Source: Candidatus Nanopelagicales bacterium
GTDB lineage: Bacteria > Actinomycetota > Actinomycetes > S36-B12 > UBA5976
Direction: 5' to 3'
Assembly (NCBI GenBank): GCA_044341215.1
Contig: JBIISC010000004.1
Coordinates: 1-57,021, forward strand
DNA length: 57,021 bases
Shown piece after piece: positions 13,755-22,086 of the stretch. The notes under the pieces were generated by a model. That model was given only the letters and a program-made list of their open reading frames with translations. It was not told the DNA's origin and did not search any database. Positions within the stretch are counted from its first letter, which is position 1; every line of letters starts with the position of its first letter. Both the position numbers and the translations under genes were made by a program.

Positions 13755-15061
13755 TATTTACCTAACTCTTGCAATAGGGCCGCTAATACTTCGTCAGCGT
13801 CACCAACTATTGCTAGGTCTGCAAAAGCAAAAATCTCAGCTTCAGGGTCTTTATTCACCGCTGCAATGTAGTTTGGTTTTCTAACGCCTGCAAAATGGTA
13901 GTGCGCACCACTTACGCCAAAACCTACGTAAATATTTGGGCTAATCGTGCGACCAGACGCTCCGACCAAACTTTCCACGCCAATATGACCTTTATCAAAG
14001 GCTGCAGAAGTGCCAACCACTTCTGCTTCCATTGATTTTGCAACGATTCGCAAGTCGCCAATGGATGTAACTCCACCACCAACACAGACTGAAATTCCCT
14101 TGCAGCTTGGTACGTCGGCAATCGTGATTACAGATGGTCCTTTGCATTCAATTATGACGTTGACCGATCCATCAAAGATTTCTTTAGTGAATTGGTCATT
14201 TTCTGCAGCGCAGACATCTGTTATTAGCGCTAATTTATTTTCGGCTGCAAAACTAGCAGCTTCAGCTTTTTGATCTGCCGTAAAAACTTTAACTTCGCTA
14301 GCAGGATTGATTTCTACTTTTTGGATTTGAGTATCTTCAACATTTGACCACTTTGAAATTTGCTCTAAAAGCAAAACTGCAAGTTCTTTTGGTGTGCCAC
14401 TCTTTTTCTCAGGATTTTTTTCCTTCAAAATTGTAGTCTGTGAAATAATTTTTGTCTTGGGCGCGATGTCTGCTAAACCCAGATCTACAAGATTCAATGT
14501 TGAAACTGGTTTGTTCTTGGCGGCTGCGATGCCTTTGAAGTTGGGCAATCGCGGAGTATTGAAATCTTTAGTCACCACAACGATGCTTGGCTTTTTAAGA
14601 TTCAAAACCAAATCCAGCTCAGATTCACTACTGACTTCAACGTAATTCCAATCAAGCAATCGGGCTACATAGGCTGGAACCACTTCACTTTGCCCATCTG
14701 AAGATTTGGTACCAGCGAAAACTAAATCTGCACCGCAATGCAATATGGCTTTTGCCAATACGTTTGCAGTTACCCAAATATCTGCTCCGTGGAGGTTCTC
14801 ATCCGTCACATGAACAGATTCATCAATTCCCATTGCCAATGCGCGTTTGGTTGACTGCTCAACACCTGCTGGTCCCATCGAGATTGAAACAGTTTGGATG
14901 CCGGAAGCATCTGATATTTGAAGTGCCGCTTCTACTGCGTGCAGGTCAGAAGGGTTCAAAACTGGGTCGGTGAGGGTTCGCTCCAAACGCAAATTCTCAA
15001 CGTTGAGAGTTAACCGCGAATCTGCACTTGGTACCTGCTTTACCAAGACTGCAATTTTCAC
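13754..15061 (-). CDS. Single-polypeptide ETF-like protein (EtfB-like N-terminal part fused to a shortened EtfA-like FAD-domain part)
   Basis: The N-terminus MKIAVLVKQVP...NPSDLHAVEAAL...PRLPNFKGIAAAKNKP is EtfB-like. The C-terminus YVGFGVSGAHYHFAGVRKPNYIAAVNKDPEAEIFAFADLAIVGD is EtfA-like. It is 435 aa, with a GTG start, SD GAGGTG, and its stop overlaps the desulfurase ATG (TAATG). Confidence 0.8.
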   Translation of the reverse strand: MKIAVLVKQVPSADSRLTLNVENLRLERTLTDPVLNPSDLHAVEAALQISDASGIQTVSISMGPAGVEQSTKRALAMGIDESVHVTDENLHGADIWVTANVLAKAILHCGADLVFAGTKSSDGQSEVVPAYVARLLDWNYVEVSSESELDLVLNLKKPSIVVVTKDFNTPRLPNFKGIAAAKNKPVSTLNLVDLGLADIAPKTKIISQTTILKEKNPEKKSGTPKELAVLLLEQISKWSNVEDTQIQKVEINPASEVKVFTADQKAEAASFAAENKLALITDVCAAENDQFTKEIFDGSVNVIIECKGPSVITIADVPSCKGISVCVGGGVTSIGDLRIVAKSMEAEVVGTSAAFDKGHIGVESLVGASGRTISPNIYVGFGVSGAHYHFAGVRKPNYIAAVNKDPEAEIFAFADLAIVGDADEVLAALLQELGK

Positions 15062-15234
15062 TATTCACCTCATCTAGCTTGAGTTAGTTCACTCGGACAC
15101 TGTGAGTATTCTCTCAGCGATTTAGCACAAAGGCTCACCCCGCGGTCTGCCCTTATGCGCCACACTGACCCTAGGCAGGTAAATTGCCGTCTGATTTTGT
15201 ATGTAAAGACTCACGCTAAGGGGCTCGAGAGAAT

Positions 15235-17376
15235 ATGACCGCTCTGCCGAGTCAAAACTATGCCCAAGTCAATAACCGGCCAGATCCACTTGGTGTAACC
15301 GTCGTTGATGGTGGCGTGAACGTTGCAATATTCGCCGATAATGCAACTGCGGTCGATTTCTGTATCCGAAATGCTGACGGCTCTGAAACTCGTTGGCGCC
15401 TACCCGACAAGGCTCGAGGAATTTGGCACGGGTTTGTCCCAGGTGTCGAAGTTGGCTCTCGCTATGGCTTTCGGGTTCATGGGGAATGGAATCCACTTGA
15501 AGGGCATCGCCACAATCCAAATAAATTCTTGATAGACCCTTATGCAAAAGCGATTGATGGTAATTGGGTTTTACATGAAGCGGTTTTTGGCTATAAGCAA
15601 GATATGACCAAACCTGCAGACGAGTTGATTATGGACACTCGGGACTCTGCACCATTTATGCCATGTGGGATTGTGGTTAAAGATGATTTTGATTGGACTG
15701 GCGACGTTAAGCCAGATGTTCCCTGGCATAAAACTGTGATTTACGAAGCCCACGTAAAAGGTATGACGATGCAACATCCAGATGTGCCTGAACATTTGCG
15801 TGGCACTTATGCTGGTCTTGCCCATGAATCAATCATTAATCATTTGCATTCAATAGGTGTTACTGCGATTGAACTTTTACCGATTCATCAAATTGGACAC
15901 GAAGAGCATTTAGTCCGAATGGGAATGACTAACTATTGGGGGTACAACACTCTCGGGTTTTTTGCACCTCATCATGCTTACTCATCAAGTGGCCATCGCG
16001 GAGAACAAATCAATGAGTTCAAGCAGATGGTTAAAACATTCCACCAAAATGGTATTGAAGTCCTAATTGATGTGGTTTACAACCACACCTGTGAAGGTGG
16101 GCCGATGGGTCCAATGATGAGTTTCAAAGGTATTGATAACGCCTCGTACTACCGACTAGTTGATGAAGATCCGCAACACTATTTCGACACGACTGGCTGC
16201 AGCAACACACTAAATACTTACCACCCGCAAGTAATGCAGTTGGTTCTAGATTCACTACGTTACTGGGTAAGTGAAATGCACGTGGATGGATTTCGTTTCG
16301 ATCTCGCACCTAGCCTTGCTCGAATAAATCATGATGTTGATTTAGCTGGACCACTGATGCAAGCAATTGCCCAAGATCCTGTGCTTCGAAACACCAAACT
16401 AATTGCTGAACCGTGGGATCTAGGAACCGGTGGCTATCAGGTTGGTAACTATCCAAGAATCTGGAGCGAATGGAACGACCGCTTTAGAGATACAGCACGC
16501 GATTTTTGGCGTGGTGTTGCGCCAGGTATTTCCGAACTTGCATCCCGCATGTCTGGCTCTTCAGATCTATTTGTTGATGAAGATCGCCGACCACGAGCAT
16601 CCATTAATTTCGTAACAGCACATGATGGTTTCACAATGCGGGACTTGGTTTCCTTCAACCAAAAACATAACGAAGCCAATCGTGAAGGCAACCGAGATGG
16701 CAACGACCACAATAACTCTTGGAACCACGGCGTTGAAGGTGAAACCACCGATGCAGCTATAAACCAACTGCGCCTTCAGCAACAACGAAACATGATGTTG
16801 ATGCTACTGCTTGCAAGTGGTGTGCCGATGATTACTGCTGGTGACGAACATGGACGTACCCAAGGTGGCAATAACAATGCATATTGCCAAGACACCCCTA
16901 TTTCTTGGGTAGATTGGAATATCGAAGGCGACCGAGCTGAGATTTTGGATAGCTATAGAAATTTGATGCAACTGCGTAAAGAGCATCCCGCTTTCCACCA
17001 TCGCGATTACCGCTGGGGATCACCGACTTTGACTGGTGGGCCAAAAGATATCGCTTGGCTTAGCCGGACAGGTCTTGAACTTGATGCAGAAGAATGGCTA
17101 GATACGGAAATTAAAACTCTTGGAATGTTCATAAATCAAATTGCACAAACTGAAGTTGAAAATGAATCTTCAAGCTGTTCATTCTTGGTGATAATGCATT
17201 CAGGTGGTGAAAGCATTGAATTCACGCTTCCTGATGCATCTTGGGCATCGCAGTGGCATATAGAACTCGATACAACTTTGCCGGGTGCAAAATCACCAGA
17301 CCTCAAAATGCAACCAGGGCAGACCATGCGAGTTTTCGCTCGATCTGCCCTGGTACTACGCGCTGCTCACGCGTAA
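15235..17376 (+). CDS. glgX: Glycogen debranching enzyme (GH13)
   Basis: 713 aa with motifs VIYEAHVKG, DVVYNHT, GFRFDLA, EPWD and FVTAHDGFT. Confidence 0.95.
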   Translation: MTALPSQNYAQVNNRPDPLGVTVVDGGVNVAIFADNATAVDFCIRNADGSETRWRLPDKARGIWHGFVPGVEVGSRYGFRVHGEWNPLEGHRHNPNKFLIDPYAKAIDGNWVLHEAVFGYKQDMTKPADELIMDTRDSAPFMPCGIVVKDDFDWTGDVKPDVPWHKTVIYEAHVKGMTMQHPDVPEHLRGTYAGLAHESIINHLHSIGVTAIELLPIHQIGHEEHLVRMGMTNYWGYNTLGFFAPHHAYSSSGHRGEQINEFKQMVKTFHQNGIEVLIDVVYNHTCEGGPMGPMMSFKGIDNASYYRLVDEDPQHYFDTTGCSNTLNTYHPQVMQLVLDSLRYWVSEMHVDGFRFDLAPSLARINHDVDLAGPLMQAIAQDPVLRNTKLIAEPWDLGTGGYQVGNYPRIWSEWNDRFRDTARDFWRGVAPGISELASRMSGSSDLFVDEDRRPRASINFVTAHDGFTMRDLVSFNQKHNEANREGNRDGNDHNNSWNHGVEGETTDAAINQLRLQQQRNMMLMLLLASGVPMITAGDEHGRTQGGNNNAYCQDTPISWVDWNIEGDRAEILDSYRNLMQLRKEHPAFHHRDYRWGSPTLTGGPKDIAWLSRTGLELDAEEWLDTEIKTLGMFINQIAQTEVENESSSCSFLVIMHSGGESIEFTLPDASWASQWHIELDTTLPGAKSPDLKMQPGQTMRVFARSALVLRAAHA

Positions 17377-17382
17377 ATATTT

Positions 17383-19938
17383 TTACTTAAGTGATGCTTG
17401 TAATCCAAGTTCAGCAAAGTTAGCTAAACCTGCATGCTTTGGCACAACTCGAACGTTGTACCCAAACGCACCAGCGTTTTGCAGTTCCACATTTACTGTG
17501 AATCTCCAACGCGATCCGTCGAATTGGTCAGCAGCTGTGAGTTCTACAACTGATGGATCTGCAATCCGATCATTGCTATCGGCGCGACCATGCACCAATT
17601 CAACTGCAACTTCTTGCGGATTTAGTCCAGCAAGATTTACAAATGCATTTAGCGTGATTACGTCACCGCGTTGTGGTGAATCTGGAATGTTTTCAGCTTC
17701 AATGTGTTCAACATTGACACCTGACCAAATAGTTCTGATGCGTGCTTTCCAAGCTGCAAGTTCCTTTGCCAAACGTGCATCATCTGCATTGACTTGGCGG
17801 CTTGCAACCGCAGCTGGCGTGTACAGATTATTCACATAATCTTGCACCATTCGCGTTGCCAGAACTTTTGGTCCAAGAGTTGCAAGTGTGTGTTTAACCA
17901 GTTCCAACCAACGAGTTGGTAGGTTGTTTGCATCAACATCATAAAAGACTGGCTTTACATTCTTTTCAAGTAAGTTGTAGAGCGCATTAGCTTCGATGTC
18001 ATCTCGACGATCTGCATCCATTACGCCATCTGCAGTAGGAATCGCCCAACCATTCTTCCCGTCGAACCATTCATCCCACCAACCATCAAGAATCGACAAG
18101 TTAAGCGCACCATTTAAAGCTGCTTTCATTCCTGATGTTCCACATGCCTCTAATGGACGAAGTGGGTTGTTCAACCACACGTCGCAACCTGGATACAGCC
18201 ATGAAGCCAATCCCATGTCGTAGTCTGGTAAGAAAACAATGCGATGGCGAACTTCTGGATCATCAGTAAATTGAACCAAAGTCTGAATTAACTTCTTGCC
18301 GCCTTCATCTGCAGGGTGTGATTTACCTGCGATAACTAGCTGAACAGGGCGTTGTGGGTCCAACAAGATTTTCTTGAGTCTTTCTGGATCGCTCAACATC
18401 AAAGTTAAACGCTTGTATGAAGGAACACGGCGTGCGAAACCAATTGTTAAAACATCTGGATCCAAAACTGTATCAATCCAGTCGAGTTCGGCTGGGCTTG
18501 CTCCACGGTTGATCCAAGATTCACGTAAACGGTTTCGGGCCTTTGTTACTAAGCGAACCCGTAAAGCGCGCTTTACTGCCCAGAAAGTTGCATCTGAAGT
18601 TTTAGCAATTGCTTGCCAACCTTCAGGACCATCAGTGCTAACACCGTTTGAAAGGGCTAGAACTTCTGGTGCAACCCAAGTGCCAGCATGAACACCATTT
18701 GTAACAGAAGTGATCGGTACATCGTCTTGATCAAATGCTGGCCAAAGTCCGCCAAACATTCCACGACTTACATCACCATGTAAAAGGCTGACACCGTTTG
18801 CACGAGCACCGAGGCGAAGTCCGAATACTGCCATGTTGAAGATTTGTGGATCTCCATCAACAAAGTCTTCGGTTCCTAAAGCAAGAATGCGATCTACTGG
18901 AACTCCGTCAGCAGCATTGTCGCCACCGAAGAATTTCGTGATCAAATCCTTGCTAAAGCGGTCAATGCCTGCAGGAACTGGTGTGTGAGTTGTGAAAACT
19001 GTTCCAGAGCGAACTGCTTCAAGAGCTGAATCGAAATCCATTCCCTTTTCAGTTAATTCCAAAATACGTTCAATACCAAGGAAACCGGCGTGGCCTTCAT
19101 TGCAGTGATAAACCTCAGGTTCTGGAGCACCAGTGATGCGTGACCAAGTACGTAGGGCGCGAACACCGCCAATTCCCAATAAGACTTCTTGTAACAAACG
19201 TTGGTCGTGTCCGCCACCATAAAGGCGATCGGTTACGTTGCGTTCGGTTGGCGCATTGTCTTCAACATTTGAATCAAGCAACAACAATGGCACTCGTCCA
19301 ATGTGTGCAACCCAGATGTGTGCAACTAAGCGTTTGCCACCAGGCAGACCGATAACTATCCGTGCCGGAGTGCCATCATGTTCACGCAATAGCGATAGTG
19401 GCAAAGCATCTGGATCTGTTACTGGATAAGTTTCTTCTTGCCATCCATCGCGAGAAAGTGACTGACGGAAATAACCAGCACGATAAAACAGGCCAACACC
19501 AACTAGTGGCAGTCCAAGATCTGATGCTGCTTTTAGGTGGTCACCAGCAAGAATGCCAAGACCGCCAGAATATTGTGGAAGCTGAGTTGCAATACCAAAC
19601 TCAGCTGAGAAGTAACCAATTGCACGAGGAGCAATGTCGCCTAATCCGCGATACCAAGAATCGCGATTTAAGTAGTTATGCAGGCTTGCTCGTGCAGCTT
19701 CTACCCGATTTACGAATGAAGCATTAGCTGCTAATTCATTTAATCGAGATGAAGGAACATCGGACAGCACTCGCATCGGGTCGCCGTTGACTGATTCGAA
19801 GATTGCTGGATCGATAGCGCGGAATATTTCCAAGGTTTCGCTGTCCCAAGTCCAACGCAAGTTTCCGGCTAGTTCACCGAGGCCCTGAAGTTGTTGTGGA
19901 AGAACTGTGCGAACGTTAAAACGTCTAATTGCTCTCAT
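17383..19938 (-). CDS. glgP: Alpha-glucan (maltodextrin/glycogen) phosphorylase, GT35
   Basis: Motifs NLRWTWD, YSGGLGILAGDHLK and PLP-lysine region ACGTSGMKAALNG. I chose the ATG at 19938 (MRAIRRF); the longest ORF reaches 20016. Confidence 0.93.
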   Translation of the reverse strand: MRAIRRFNVRTVLPQQLQGLGELAGNLRWTWDSETLEIFRAIDPAIFESVNGDPMRVLSDVPSSRLNELAANASFVNRVEAARASLHNYLNRDSWYRGLGDIAPRAIGYFSAEFGIATQLPQYSGGLGILAGDHLKAASDLGLPLVGVGLFYRAGYFRQSLSRDGWQEETYPVTDPDALPLSLLREHDGTPARIVIGLPGGKRLVAHIWVAHIGRVPLLLLDSNVEDNAPTERNVTDRLYGGGHDQRLLQEVLLGIGGVRALRTWSRITGAPEPEVYHCNEGHAGFLGIERILELTEKGMDFDSALEAVRSGTVFTTHTPVPAGIDRFSKDLITKFFGGDNAADGVPVDRILALGTEDFVDGDPQIFNMAVFGLRLGARANGVSLLHGDVSRGMFGGLWPAFDQDDVPITSVTNGVHAGTWVAPEVLALSNGVSTDGPEGWQAIAKTSDATFWAVKRALRVRLVTKARNRLRESWINRGASPAELDWIDTVLDPDVLTIGFARRVPSYKRLTLMLSDPERLKKILLDPQRPVQLVIAGKSHPADEGGKKLIQTLVQFTDDPEVRHRIVFLPDYDMGLASWLYPGCDVWLNNPLRPLEACGTSGMKAALNGALNLSILDGWWDEWFDGKNGWAIPTADGVMDADRRDDIEANALYNLLEKNVKPVFYDVDANNLPTRWLELVKHTLATLGPKVLATRMVQDYVNNLYTPAAVASRQVNADDARLAKELAAWKARIRTIWSGVNVEHIEAENIPDSPQRGDVITLNAFVNLAGLNPQEVAVELVHGRADSNDRIADPSVVELTAADQFDGSRWRFTVNVELQNAGAFGYNVRVVPKHAGLANFAELGLQASLK

Positions 19939-20061
19939 AGTGAGGCAAATGCTAGGCGATGCAAAATCACCTCCAAAGAGACCCTTGGATTTAGCCCCTT
20001 TTGCCCACAATCTCACTCACAAATGCGCACACTACCCCTGTTCACAAGTGTGCATGACCGA

Positions 20062-20067
20062 TAGCGT
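20062..20067 (+). promoter_or_regulatory. -10-like TAGCGT, 6 nt upstream of the glgE ATG (leaderless geometry)
   Basis: The sequence reads TAGCGT TGGCAC ATG with no SD. Confidence 0.35.
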
Positions 20068-20073
20068 TGGCAC

Positions 20074-22086
20074 ATGGCGAACCCACCGCAAAATGTCTCC
20101 TCAGACAAACTTCTACCGAGCGGCATTTTGGGACCAATCGGGCGCTTTGCGATTTTAGACGTTAGCCCGGTTGTCAGCGAAGGCCGACCAGCCAAAGGGG
20201 CCGTCAACGAGCCAATCATCATCAAAGCTACCGCAACCCGCGAAGGGCACGATGCTCTTGGCGTAAATGTTTTGGTCACTGATCCCAAAGGCGCTACGAC
20301 AACTCTGCGCGCTCAGCTGTTTTCAAATGACAACTACGGCGCAGAATTTTCACCAACTGAAATTGGTTTATGGAACTTTCGCGTCGAAGCTTGGGATGAC
20401 ATCTGGGGAAGTTGGCATCACGCCGCTGGATTAAAAGTTCCTGCCGGCGTTGATGTGGAAGTTGAACTAGAAGATGGCGCTCGGATTTTTGAACGAGCAC
20501 TAAATGAAACGCTACAAAATGCAAACGCGTCAACCAAGAAAATTGTGCAAGAAGCTATAAAAGTTTTACGTGACAAAAAAGTAGATCCAAATTTACGTCT
20601 TGTGGCAGCTTTCAATCCAGAAATTGATCAAGCAATGCATGATTTTCCAATCCGAGATTTATTAACGTCGTCACAAGAATTTCCAATCCTTGTAGAACGC
20701 GAACGTGCTTTATTTGGATCTTGGTATGAATTCTTTCCACGTTCCGAAGGTGCAACTCTCAAGCCATATAAAACTGGAACTTTCAAAACCGCAATGAAAA
20801 GACTTCCCGGTATTGCGGAAATGGGATTCGAAGTTGTTTATGTTCCACCGGTTCACCCAATCGGCAAAACAAATCGAAAAGGAAGAAACAACACGTTAAC
20901 CCCAGATGCTCAAGATGTTGGTTCTCCGTGGGCGATAGGTTCTGAAGCCGGTGGTCATGATGCAATCAATCCAGAGCTTGGAACGCTTAAAGACTTTGAT
21001 GAGTTTGTTGCGGAAATCAAGCGCCTAAACATGGAAATAGCTCTTGATTTGGCATTGCAGGCATCGCCTGATCATCCTTGGGTGAAGACTCATCCGCAGT
21101 GGTTTAAGCAGCGTAATGATGGCTCGATTGCATATGCAGAAAATCCCCCAAAGAAATATCAGGATATCTACCCGATGTTTTTTGACACCGATCCAGATGG
21201 TTTGTATAACGAAATCGAAAGAATTGTTCGCTTTTGGATGAGTCATGGCGTTCGTATCTTCCGCGTGGACAATCCACACACAAAACCTATTTGGATGTGG
21301 CAACGGTTGATTCATGCAATCAATGCCACTGATCCAGATGTAATTTTCTTGGCCGAAGCATTTACTGCCCCGGCAATGATGCGCGTATTAGCTGAAGTTG
21401 GGTTCCAACAGTCCTATACCTATTTCACATGGCGCAACGACAAACACAGCTTGACTCAATACATAGACGAATTAGCAAATCATTCAAGTGCATACATGCG
21501 GCCGAACTTTTTCACAAACACGCCAGACATTTTGCCAACCTTTTTACAAACCTCGGGGCCTGCAGGTTTTGCCATTAGAGCAACTCTCGCAGCGACTTTA
21601 AGTCCGAGTTGGGGTATCTATTCTGGATTCGAGATTTATGAATCAGCAGTCTTGAACGAAGGTGGCGAGGAATACCTAAATTCTGAAAAATTTGAGTTGC
21701 GCCCCCGCGACTGGCAAGCGGCCGAAGATGAAAATCGCTCACTTGCGCCATACATAAAGCGACTAAATGAATTGCGCAGCGACCATAAATCTCTAAGACA
21801 ATTGCGAAATGTGGTCTTTCATCCAGTTGATGACAACGACGTAATTGCATATAGCAAAACTTCTGGTGACGACACTGTGCTTGTAATTTGTTCCCTCGAT
21901 CCAAAAGGCACTCGGGAGACCTGGGTGCACTTAGACATGCCGGCTCTGGGATTTGACTGGGACGAGACTGTTTATGGACACGACCTGGTCACAGATACAA
22001 CTTGGACGTGGAAAAAGGATGTAAAAGTTCATATCGACCCTTACCGTTGCGTAGCTCACATCGTGACCTTGAGGAGAAAAACTTGA
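20074..22086 (+). CDS. glgE: Alpha-1,4-glucan:maltose-1-phosphate maltosyltransferase
   Basis: 670 aa with motifs GRFAILDVSPVV, WYEFFPRS and GVRIFRVDNPHTKP. Confidence 0.95.
   Translation: MANPPQNVSSDKLLPSGILGPIGRFAILDVSPVVSEGRPAKGAVNEPIIIKATATREGHDALGVNVLVTDPKGATTTLRAQLFSNDNYGAEFSPTEIGLWNFRVEAWDDIWGSWHHAAGLKVPAGVDVEVELEDGARIFERALNETLQNANASTKKIVQEAIKVLRDKKVDPNLRLVAAFNPEIDQAMHDFPIRDLLTSSQEFPILVERERALFGSWYEFFPRSEGATLKPYKTGTFKTAMKRLPGIAEMGFEVVYVPPVHPIGKTNRKGRNNTLTPDAQDVGSPWAIGSEAGGHDAINPELGTLKDFDEFVAEIKRLNMEIALDLALQASPDHPWVKTHPQWFKQRNDGSIAYAENPPKKYQDIYPMFFDTDPDGLYNEIERIVRFWMSHGVRIFRVDNPHTKPIWMWQRLIHAINATDPDVIFLAEAFTAPAMMRVLAEVGFQQSYTYFTWRNDKHSLTQYIDELANHSSAYMRPNFFTNTPDILPTFLQTSGPAGFAIRATLAATLSPSWGIYSGFEIYESAVLNEGGEEYLNSEKFELRPRDWQAAEDENRSLAPYIKRLNELRSDHKSLRQLRNVVFHPVDDNDVIAYSKTSGDDTVLVICSLDPKGTRETWVHLDMPALGFDWDETVYGHDLVTDTTWTWKKDVKVHIDPYRCVAHIVTLRRKT

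Noticed and set aside
15155-15238. A 27-codon uORF (MRHTDPRQVNCRLILYVKTHAKGLERI) whose TGA overlaps the glgX ATG. There is also a 9-nt complementarity between 15107-15115 and 15227-15235 that could mask the glgX start.
   Set aside because: It has no SD or -10 geometry at its ATG and no amino-acid bias suggestive of a regulatory peptide. A 9-mer complement within 170 nt is expected by chance at the several-percent level.
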